Assembly: GCA_016844945.1 (NCBI GenBank)
Contig: JAERTJ010000111.1
Location: 16,387-80,386 of the forward strand
Source: Fidelibacterota bacterium
Lineage (GTDB): Bacteria; Fidelibacterota; UBA8477; JABMPR01
Length of the DNA: 64,000 nucleotides
Reading direction: 5' to 3'
Shown here: in pieces, positions 10,090 through 18,195 of the stretch
How the letters are laid out: the number at the start of each line of letters is the position of its first letter
Position numbering within the stretch: position 1 is the stretch's first letter
Translations under genes and position numbers: made by a program
Notes under the pieces: generated by a model
Told to the model about the DNA's origin: nothing
The model's database searches: none
What the model saw: only the letters and a program-made list of their open reading frames with translations

Positions 10090-11241
10090 TTATGTTTCTT
10101 TTTGTATGGAACGGATGATGTGTTCGAGTTCTTGGCAAAACACATCGATCTCTTGTTCGGTAGTTTCAACCCCCATTGAAATGCGTAGACTCGCCTGAGC
10201 CAAATTTTTTTCCAATCCCAACGCTGTCAGGACATGGGATGGAGCCTGGGAGCCTGAACTACAGGCCGCTCCATTGGATACGGCTATGTTTTTCATATCC
10301 AGGCGAATGAATAAAGTTTCCCCATCAATGTTTTTAAAGGAACAGTTCAGGATATGTCCGGTGTAGGAGTTTCCACCTCGATTAATCTGGATCCCGGGAA
10401 TGGTTTGAAGCTGTGCCTGAAGTTTTTTCAATAGCTTCGAATAGTGTTGCTCCGTTTGCTCGATCCGGTCGACATGAACTTCAACAGCTCTGGCCAGGGC
10501 ACGAGCTCCCAGGTGATTCGGAGTACCTGCCCTTAAATTCTGCTCCTGGCTGCCGCCATAACTTCCAGATTGTACTGTGGCACCCTTGCGCAGATACAAA
10601 GCACCGATTCCAGCAGGCGTTCCCAGTTTATGGCCGGAAAATGATAGAGAGTCAACCCCGAGTGTGTCCAGGTTTATAGTCTTGTGCCCGATTGCTTGGA
10701 CGGCATCACAATGAAAGTGGATACCTGCATCACGGCTGATTTTCGTAATCTGTTTGATGGGATGATTCAGACCAGTCTCATTGTTGGTCCACATCAAGCT
10801 CAGGAGAATCGTGTCATTGCGAATTTGTGATTTTAATAAATCCTGATTGATGTCACCATTTGTATCCACTGCCAGATAAGTCACTTCAAACCCCGCGGAT
10901 TCAAGTTGCCTACAACTCTCAACAACAGATGGGTGCTCAGTGGCACAGGTAATGATGTGTCTGCCCTTTTCACCCATAGCCTTAGCACAACCCATAATGG
11001 CTAAATTATTGGCTTCAGTGCCGCCGGATGTAAAAATGATTTCAGCAGGTTTACATACAAGAGAACGGGCGATTGACCGTCTCGAAGCATCCAAAACAGC
11101 AGCAGATTCACGACCAGCTGCATGAATGCTGGAGGGATTGATAACCTGAGATTCAAGCCAGCTTTCTAGACTGGTCTTAACTTCTGGCAAAAGGAAGGTG
11201 CCTGCTGCATGATCTAGAAATATTTGTTTTACTTGTCCCAT
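10090..11241 (-). CDS. Cysteine desulfurase (NifS/IscS class V aminotransferase family)
   Basis: 383 aa. Has the PLP-lysine motif SFSGHKL and the active-site loop SNGAACSSG. It lies immediately upstream of mnmA in the same orientation with a 3-nt gap. Confidence 0.9.
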   Translation of the reverse strand: MGQVKQIFLDHAAGTFLLPEVKTSLESWLESQVINPSSIHAAGRESAAVLDASRRSIARSLVCKPAEIIFTSGGTEANNLAIMGCAKAMGEKGRHIITCATEHPSVVESCRQLESAGFEVTYLAVDTNGDINQDLLKSQIRNDTILLSLMWTNNETGLNHPIKQITKISRDAGIHFHCDAVQAIGHKTINLDTLGVDSLSFSGHKLGTPAGIGALYLRKGATVQSGSYGGSQEQNLRAGTPNHLGARALARAVEVHVDRIEQTEQHYSKLLKKLQAQLQTIPGIQINRGGNSYTGHILNCSFKNIDGETLFIRLDMKNIAVSNGAACSSGSQAPSHVLTALGLEKNLAQASLRISMGVETTEQEIDVFCQELEHIIRSIQKET

Positions 11242-11258
11242 CCTTCGAACATAGTAGA

Positions 11259-11394
11259 AAGCAGGGGGTGAGGGAATAAAGAATGCATGCTTCCATTTAT
11301 GGTATCATGATGGTCTGATATTGGATAAACCTGTACAACGGCATCCGGAACGAAAACATGAGGTAAGAAATTATCTCCAAGGATATTCCTGCTT
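11259..11394 (+). promoter_or_regulatory. Possible structured 5' leader of mgtE (class unassigned)
   Basis: AAGCAGG (11259-11265) can pair with CCTGCTT (11388-11394), enclosing about 120 nt that contain several short palindromes and a GGGUGAGG tract. It ends about 38 nt before the mgtE ATG. Support is weak and based only on pairing seen by eye. Confidence 0.25.
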
Positions 11395-11432
11395 CTTTAA
11401 ACTTTAATCCCGCTTAATTTCAGGGCAATATT

Positions 11433-12806
11433 ATGAGAGATCTTCACCTCCATATTGATACCGTACGTAGACTCCTGAGACGTCACGCCAAAAGCAACCT
11501 GGAGAACATGCTGGCCAAACTCCATGCTGCAGACCTGGCTCTCATTTTTCGGCATATCACACCCGAGGAACGCTATGAAGCATTCCTGACCATAGCTGAT
11601 GTCGATCATGCCGCTGCTGTACTATCAGAGATGGATGAGCATCTTATCCAGGAGCTGATAACTGAGCTTCCCATAGAAAAGACCATGCTGCTCATGAAGG
11701 CTATGTCCCCGGATGATGAGGCGGATATCCTTCAACTGTTACCGGAAGAACTTGCCGAGGATATTCTCAACCGTCTCAAATCCAGCGAATCGGAAGAGAT
11801 GGAATCCCTCATGGCCTATCCGGAGAACTCTGCTGGTGGTCTCATGATTCCTGATGTCTTTGCCCTCCATGAGGACATCTCAGTTGGTGAAGCCATTGCG
11901 TCCATCCAGAATCAGGATGAACAGGAAATGGTATTCTACCTCTATGTTGTGGATGATAGACAACATCTCGTAGGGGTTATTTCTTTGCGTGACTTGATTA
12001 CATCCAAACCGGACAAAAAATTGAGTCAGATGATGATCACCCATGTTCATTCTGTTCAGCCACTCACCGACCAGGAAGAAGTCGCTCACATTGTATCCCA
12101 GTACAATATCCTGGCAGTTCCCGTGGTGGATGAAGGCAATAAACTCATGGGTATCATTACTGTAGATGATGTCATCGATGTGATCCGGGAAGAAGCCACT
12201 GAAGATTTTCTACAAATGGCAGGTGCCGGTCGTGATCGGGACATCCTGATGAAGAGTGCACTCTCAAATGCCAAGACCCGTGTACCCTGGTTGTTCGCCA
12301 GCTGGATAGGTGGTATGCTGGTTGCCAGTATCATAACCACCTATGAAGAGACCCTTGGGCAAGTCCTGGCTCTTATGGCTTTTCTCCCCATCATTATTGG
12401 TATGGCGGGAAATGTGGGTACACAGACAGCCACCATCATTGTTCGTGGTATTGCCACAGGACGTGTGGCTCCAGCGACAGCTCTCCATGTGGTATTTAAA
12501 GAACTTCAAGTCGGTTTATTGCTGGGGGCACTTTATGGTGTATTACTCGGTGGGGCTGGATACTTGTTAAGTTTGGTTGGATATATGGATGTTGGTGTCA
12601 TGACTTCCATTGAATTGGGAATAACGGTTGGTATTGGAATTATCCTGGCCATGGCAACGGCTGCCTTTGTAGGTGCTCTGGTGCCAGTTCTTCTACACCG
12701 TATCAATCTAGACCCTGCCGTTGCAACGGGTCCTTTTGTAACCACATCAGTAGATATTCTTGGTGTTGTTGTTTATTTCATTGTTGCCGGTTTCTTTATT
12801 CTATAA
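11433..12806 (+). CDS. mgtE: Magnesium transporter MgtE
   Basis: 457 aa. N-domain, tandem CBS domains (VVDDRQHLVGVISLRDL, VVDEGNKLMGIITVDDV) and a 5-TM MgtE channel domain. Confidence 0.93.
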   Translation: MRDLHLHIDTVRRLLRRHAKSNLENMLAKLHAADLALIFRHITPEERYEAFLTIADVDHAAAVLSEMDEHLIQELITELPIEKTMLLMKAMSPDDEADILQLLPEELAEDILNRLKSSESEEMESLMAYPENSAGGLMIPDVFALHEDISVGEAIASIQNQDEQEMVFYLYVVDDRQHLVGVISLRDLITSKPDKKLSQMMITHVHSVQPLTDQEEVAHIVSQYNILAVPVVDEGNKLMGIITVDDVIDVIREEATEDFLQMAGAGRDRDILMKSALSNAKTRVPWLFASWIGGMLVASIITTYEETLGQVLALMAFLPIIIGMAGNVGTQTATIIVRGIATGRVAPATALHVVFKELQVGLLLGALYGVLLGGAGYLLSLVGYMDVGVMTSIELGITVGIGIILAMATAAFVGALVPVLLHRINLDPAVATGPFVTTSVDILGVVVYFIVAGFFIL

Positions 12807-12809
12807 ATA

Positions 12810-13910
12810 ATGCTCACACTTACCAGTTTTCTATTAATACTTGGGGCAATTGCCTACTTCACATTTGTGGCTTTAATGATCAGGGGCTTAACCAAAGCCA
12901 GTATACCTGAACCGACGAATGAACTGCCTGAAGTAGCCGTCATAATAGCTGCACGCAATGAAGCTAAAACCATCCCGGCTTTATTGGATGACCTATTGGT
13001 TCAGAATTACCAGGGGAACTTCACCTGTATCATCGCCGATGATAGATCTACAGATGATACCTGGAGTATTATCCACAAATTCAGTAAAGCACATCCCCAA
13101 TTCACAGCCATTCGTATCATTGAAGAATCTTCAGAGATGACAGGTAAGAAAAATGCACTGACCCAGTGCATCAAGAACACCACGGCCTCCATCCTGTTGG
13201 AGACTGATGCTGATTGTCGGGTGGGTCCTGGGTGGATATCCTCCATGGTGAATCAGTTTGATGCTGAAACCGGGATAGTTGTTGGTTTCTCATCGGTGCG
13301 CGGGAAACGTCTCTTTGCCATTTATCAAGCCCTTGATTTTATGGGTATTATGATGACCAATGCTGGGATGATGTACTATGGAAAAGCCTGGAGTGGTTCC
13401 GGTCAAAATCTGGCATTTAGAAGAGAACACTTTACAGCAATTGGTGGATTTACAGGTGATCCTGAACAGACCATAGGCGATGACTTTTATCTCGTCCAGA
13501 AGATCTCACGGCTGAAAAATATCAGGGCGAAATTTTCCTGGGCGCTGGGTAGTTTTGTAACCACATCACCTGCTGCAACGCTTCTTGGTTTTTATAAGCA
13601 ACGAAAGCGATGGGCATCTGATTCAAGAGGCTTGCACAAAAAAGATCCTTTATTTTTCACGTTTCTGGCATCCGCCTTCACATTAAATGTTGCCATACTT
13701 TTACAATTGGTCTTGCTGAATATCTCAACCGGGTTTCTCGTTGTATTAGGCATGAAGTTCCTAATCGAATCTATTGTTGTTTTCATGGGTTTAAAGAAGA
13801 TCCAGAGACTCCCTCATATCTGGGTCTTTCTTATCTGGTTCCTGGCACAACCTGTCTATATCCCCATTATGGGAATATCTGGTCTGGTAGGAAAGGTCGA
13901 CTGGAAATGA
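12810..13910 (+). CDS. Membrane-embedded family-2 glycosyltransferase (processive synthase-like, Q-R-x-R-W motif)
   Basis: 366 aa. N-terminal TM helix, VAVIIAARNE, DDRSTDDT, a TDADC (DxD-type) motif and QRKRW, followed by several C-terminal TM helices. Confidence 0.8.
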   Translation: MLTLTSFLLILGAIAYFTFVALMIRGLTKASIPEPTNELPEVAVIIAARNEAKTIPALLDDLLVQNYQGNFTCIIADDRSTDDTWSIIHKFSKAHPQFTAIRIIEESSEMTGKKNALTQCIKNTTASILLETDADCRVGPGWISSMVNQFDAETGIVVGFSSVRGKRLFAIYQALDFMGIMMTNAGMMYYGKAWSGSGQNLAFRREHFTAIGGFTGDPEQTIGDDFYLVQKISRLKNIRAKFSWALGSFVTTSPAATLLGFYKQRKRWASDSRGLHKKDPLFFTFLASAFTLNVAILLQLVLLNISTGFLVVLGMKFLIESIVVFMGLKKIQRLPHIWVFLIWFLAQPVYIPIMGISGLVGKVDWK

Positions 13911-14662
13911 TCTCTTCCCTTATCTCACAGAGTCGTAAATACTTCCTGTTTTTTCTTGGCATTTTATTCACACTCCCAATGAATAGTGTGGAAGCGAAGG
14001 AAAAAATCATCAATTATGAAGTCTCTTATATTGGGGTTCCCCTTCTGGAGATGACGCTTCATTGGGTTGAAGATGATACCAGTATCCATGTTTCTTATGA
14101 CAACCAGCTAAAACCCTTCATCGCCTATTTTCACTCGATTCATAATATTTATCGTGAGCATTTCAGTCGTGATGATTATCGACCCCTGAGCTGGTCAAAA
14201 ACTGTCTCTGAAGGGAGTCTACAGTTTGAATTAGGTGCAAGTTTAGTTGATGATAAGAATGAGGCTGTCTTTTCCACCGGGGAACATCGAAATTTCCCTG
14301 AGGGCGGGTACACAGTTTTTTCCGCGACACATTACCTTGCATCAAAATCTCGGGATCCTCAATTCTTCCCGAAAAAACTTGAGGTGTTTATCGATGGTGA
14401 AATATGGGAGGCTGCCGCAACACGCTATGATGTGAATCACCCCCACCCAGATCACGAAATCGGTAGGGGCGAAGTACTGATTCAAGCCGACTTGCGCTAT
14501 TTGCGAGGTTCGTCGCTTGTAACCCAAAATGACATTCTTACTTCAGTCATTACCACGGAAGGTACCCGCTTCATACTATGGGTGAACCGGGATGGAACCT
14601 ATACAAGGGCTCAGTTCGGGAGCTTTCCAAAGGCAGTTATACTGGACCGCGTACACGATTAA
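13907..14662 (+). CDS. Secreted hypothetical protein (DUF3108-like impression)
   Basis: 251 aa. Signal peptide (FLFFLGILFTLPMNSVEA). ATGA overlap with the upstream GT2 gene at 13907-13910. Confidence 0.45.
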   Translation: MISSLISQSRKYFLFFLGILFTLPMNSVEAKEKIINYEVSYIGVPLLEMTLHWVEDDTSIHVSYDNQLKPFIAYFHSIHNIYREHFSRDDYRPLSWSKTVSEGSLQFELGASLVDDKNEAVFSTGEHRNFPEGGYTVFSATHYLASKSRDPQFFPKKLEVFIDGEIWEAAATRYDVNHPHPDHEIGRGEVLIQADLRYLRGSSLVTQNDILTSVITTEGTRFILWVNRDGTYTRAQFGSFPKAVILDRVHD

Positions 14663-14706
14663 TACAGGGGGCAGCGCTAGTGCAAAAATTCTTAGTGCCA
14701 GAACCT

Positions 14707-14749
14707 AATGTTTGATTATTTTCGTTAACCCTTTGTAATCTCAAACATT
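14707..14749. repeat. Perfect 9-bp inverted repeat (AATGTTTGA / TCAAACATT) with 25-nt spacer in the promoter region of the dockerin-protein gene
   Basis: Arms at 14707-14715 and 14741-14749 are exact reverse complements, located about 60-100 nt upstream of the ATG at 14811. Confidence 0.4.
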
Positions 14750-14810
14750 TTGTCATCGCTCTACTGCTGATTATTTTGAGTTAACAGAGCTTCATTTCAA
14801 GGAGAAATTA

Positions 14811-16487
14811 ATGTTAATAAAGAAGTCATTGTTTTTAGTTCTATTGCTTGCATCCGCTAGCATCTTTGCATCAACTACGATTACAGCAATTGAAGAAGCC
14901 TACGACAGAGGTGAGTTAAGTCTAGACGAACGGATACTAAACAAGGTATATGTGTTGCTTGATCGCGAGCAACTTGATCCACGTTTTCAGACGCAGGCAC
15001 CAGAAATCCTTAAATGTGGTACTCCAATATTAATTGAGTATGAGCAGGCGTTAAATCAACTGGATCAGAGTACCATTACTATCATTGAAGCACTCCTTAG
15101 TCCACCAACCAGTGCCCTTAGAGAAACTTTCGTAAGTCCCAGTGGACATTTCCAATTCTCATTTCTTACATCAGGAACCGATGGAGTCCCTGCCACGGAT
15201 TCAGATAATAGTGGTGTCCCGGACTTTGTGGAATGGGCTGCCGATTACCTGGATTATACCTGGGCACAGGAAGTGGATTCAGCAGGTTTTGCCGGTCCTA
15301 ACCATGTAGGTGGTGATGGATACTACAATGTTTCTTTTGAGAGCATGGGTGCTTATGGCTATTGCACCACCAGTTCTGTGAATGGCTCAGAATTAACCCG
15401 TCTGGTACTTAATAATGATTTCGTTGGCTTTGGATCAAACCATGATCCAGATGGTAATGTAAAAGGTGCCATGAAGGTAACGTGTGCCCACGAGTTCAAA
15501 CATGCAAGTCAGCGCGTACATTCCAGCTGGAGTGAAGGTGGCTGGGTTGAGTTAGATGCTGCCTGGGCAGAAGAATATGTATATGATTATGTTAATGACT
15601 CCATGCTCAACTTTATGGGTAGTGGCGATCCCTACTCACACCCTCATTGGGGACTCGATCATGGTGGTACCGGTTCATATGAGGACTACGCCTGGCAAGA
15701 TTTTATGCACCAAAGATTTGATGATAATGATTATAACTCAGCCTCAATTATCGAATATTTCTGGAGCTGGCGGGAAAACCATTCGACCCAGAATGTCATG
15801 GATAGTTATGCCCAGGCTCTGGCAAATCATGGTAGCTCACTCAGAGAGGGTCTTGAAGAGTATGTTGTCTGGAACTTTCTTACGGGATCACGGGCAGTAA
15901 TGAATATGGGCGTCTCCATGTTTGGCTATGATGATGCTGGAATTTCTGGTTATCCCACAGCAGCACTGGCGGCGACCCATAATAGTTACCCTGTATCATC
16001 CAGCGTCTCAGGTATTGAGAACCTGGGTGCAAAAATGATTCGCTTAAACACTACAGGTGAAGTTGGCCTGGAGATTGAATTTGATGGTCAGGATGGTGTT
16101 GAGATGTCTGCCATGTGGGTCATAAGACAGGACAATAATACTGTTGAATGGGGGGCTATTGACCTGGATAATAACAATGTTGGATCTGTAGTTCTAGATG
16201 TTCGTAATGCTACCTTTGCAGGTCTGATTCCAGTGGTGACTCAAACTACAGGATCCACATATTCTGCAAATTATAATATTGACCAGGACTCTCTTGCTGA
16301 ATGTGATCCTGGTGACATGAATGATGATGGGTATTTGAATGTCTCTGATGTCGTACGTCTGGTAGCAGTCATACTTGGAAATGGTGATACCCCAAGTGAC
16401 GTAGAGTTATGCGCAGGTGACGTCAATGGGGATGATCAAACCAGTGTTCAGGATGTGGTAAATCTTGTAGATACCATTCTACAATAG
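14811..16487 (+). CDS. Secreted putative zinc metalloprotease (HExxH) with C-terminal dockerin-like double EF-hand module
   Basis: 558 aa. Signal peptide (LLLASASIFAS). HEFKH is encoded at nt 15489-15503. Two C-terminal repeats, DMNDDGYLNVSDVVRLV and DVNGDDQTSVQDVVNLV, match the dockerin type I Ca-binding loop pattern D-x-N-x-D-G/D-x5-D. AGGAG lies upstream of the ATG. Confidence 0.65.
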   Translation: MLIKKSLFLVLLLASASIFASTTITAIEEAYDRGELSLDERILNKVYVLLDREQLDPRFQTQAPEILKCGTPILIEYEQALNQLDQSTITIIEALLSPPTSALRETFVSPSGHFQFSFLTSGTDGVPATDSDNSGVPDFVEWAADYLDYTWAQEVDSAGFAGPNHVGGDGYYNVSFESMGAYGYCTTSSVNGSELTRLVLNNDFVGFGSNHDPDGNVKGAMKVTCAHEFKHASQRVHSSWSEGGWVELDAAWAEEYVYDYVNDSMLNFMGSGDPYSHPHWGLDHGGTGSYEDYAWQDFMHQRFDDNDYNSASIIEYFWSWRENHSTQNVMDSYAQALANHGSSLREGLEEYVVWNFLTGSRAVMNMGVSMFGYDDAGISGYPTAALAATHNSYPVSSSVSGIENLGAKMIRLNTTGEVGLEIEFDGQDGVEMSAMWVIRQDNNTVEWGAIDLDNNNVGSVVLDVRNATFAGLIPVVTQTTGSTYSANYNIDQDSLAECDPGDMNDDGYLNVSDVVRLVAVILGNGDTPSDVELCAGDVNGDDQTSVQDVVNLVDTILQ

Positions 16488-16523
16488 GAAAATTGGCGGA
16501 AACTGCAGTATAGAAAGGCTGAA

Positions 16524-17078
16524 ATGAACGATAAAGCAAATATCTCATATCCACTGTTCGAGAGCTTCAAAGACAAATTGAAGCCAAAACGCAGTCAGGC
16601 ACAGATGGTATTATCGCAGGTTCCTGTATTTAGTCAACTATCCTGGCAGGAACTCAAAATTGTTGAGAATGCTGTTCACATACGCAATTATGCACCTGGT
16701 GAACCCGTTATCAAACAAGGTGATCCCGGTAGTGGGATGTACGTCATTATCGAGGGATGTGTAGGCATCTTTCTGGATATTCCCCATCAAGCACCCAAAC
16801 AATTATCAAAATTGGGTGATGGAGATTTTTTTGGTGAGATAGCACTTTTAGATTCATCTCCTCGAACCGCATCAGCCACAGCCTTGGAAAACAGTACTAT
16901 TATTGGATTCTATAGACCTGATCTTATGGATATCCTGAAGACAAAACCAGCACTCGGTGGCAAGATCCTATTAGCACTATCTGAAGTGCTAGCTGTACGT
17001 CTTCGCAGTACCAATGGTGAGTTGGTAAAGGCATCTAGAAAGCTTGAGGAGCTAACAGAGACCGAGGATCATGAGTAG
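16524..17078 (+). CDS. Stand-alone cyclic-nucleotide-binding (CAP_ED) domain protein
   Basis: 184 aa. Phosphate-binding-cassette-like FGEIALLDSSPRTASATA within a beta-roll pattern (GDPGSGMYVIIEG). Confidence 0.8.
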   Translation: MNDKANISYPLFESFKDKLKPKRSQAQMVLSQVPVFSQLSWQELKIVENAVHIRNYAPGEPVIKQGDPGSGMYVIIEGCVGIFLDIPHQAPKQLSKLGDGDFFGEIALLDSSPRTASATALENSTIIGFYRPDLMDILKTKPALGGKILLALSEVLAVRLRSTNGELVKASRKLEELTETEDHE

Positions 17079-18195
17079 TCCAGACCCAGTCCAGATAGCT
17101 CCACAATCCATACGCCTTTTCTTCCAGAGTTTATTCAAAACACTGGTCTTTTTCTTTTTACTCATCCTTGTCCTGGCTGGTGTATATAAAGCCTTTCCAC
17201 TGGTTGTAGATGCACTCTTCCTGATTGTTATTGCAGCTATTCTTACGGCTGTGTTTAATCCAGCCGTTGATCGTCTGGAGTCATCAGGTGTGAAACGGAT
17301 TTATGGAACCCTGCTCATGTTTGGCGGAATATTCGGAATTGTGGGTGTGGGTGTTGTCAAAGGAATACCTGCTTTGCTAAACGAAGTAGGTAGAATCAAG
17401 GATGTGATTCAGCAAAATTCTGAGACCAACTCATTAGATACCATTTTAAGTGACCTCAATGCTAAGATTGCAGAATATGTCCCGGGCTTTCAACTTGATC
17501 CTGAAATGATTTCCAGTGTATCCGCACAATTTTTTAGCCAATTAGGATCTATCCTGGCTGGTGCCCTGGATACGCTGGCTACCATCATCTTCATTCTGAT
17601 TATCACCATGTTTTTTCTCGTGGATGGAAAGCGAATGACCAAAAGTTTGATCGGAATGACACCGAATAAATATTTCGAGATGTCCCTCAATATTACCTAT
17701 CGGACCAAACAGCAATTAACCAATTTTCTTCGGGGACAGTTGTTGGCAGCTCTGGGAGTTGCAGTACAGTCCTTTATTGGACTCAGTTTACTGAATTTGA
17801 TTTTTGATACAAACATTTCCGGTGTCATGTTGATTGGCTCTATAGCGGGTCTGGCAAACATGATCCCCTTTGTTGGTCCTTTTATGGGCATGGTTCCAGC
17901 TATCATTGTTAGTTTATTCAATAACCTGGGTGATCCTGTTGCTGCAGCAAACTTCTACTACATCCTTCACATTATCGTCATGTTTCTCATCGTTCAGATG
18001 ATTGACAATAATATCATCTCACCCATTGTGGTATCTGGCTCCATGGAAATGCACCCATTGACAGTCATATTATTGATTCTGGTAGGATCTCAAGTTGGCG
18101 TTTTAGGGATGTTTCTGGCAGTGCCTGCATGGGGTATATCAAAGGTGATTATTCAGGAGGTGTATCAGGGATTAAAAGGGCATCATCTCATTTAA
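17071..18195 (+). CDS. AI-2E family transporter (PerM/YdiK-like permease)
   Basis: 374 aa, multi-TM, with motifs typical of the family (LRGQLL..., IPFVGPF). The ATG at 17071 overlaps the upstream TAG (17076-17078). Confidence 0.8.
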   Translation: MSSPDPVQIAPQSIRLFFQSLFKTLVFFFLLILVLAGVYKAFPLVVDALFLIVIAAILTAVFNPAVDRLESSGVKRIYGTLLMFGGIFGIVGVGVVKGIPALLNEVGRIKDVIQQNSETNSLDTILSDLNAKIAEYVPGFQLDPEMISSVSAQFFSQLGSILAGALDTLATIIFILIITMFFLVDGKRMTKSLIGMTPNKYFEMSLNITYRTKQQLTNFLRGQLLAALGVAVQSFIGLSLLNLIFDTNISGVMLIGSIAGLANMIPFVGPFMGMVPAIIVSLFNNLGDPVAAANFYYILHIIVMFLIVQMIDNNIISPIVVSGSMEMHPLTVILLILVGSQVGVLGMFLAVPAWGISKVIIQEVYQGLKGHHLI

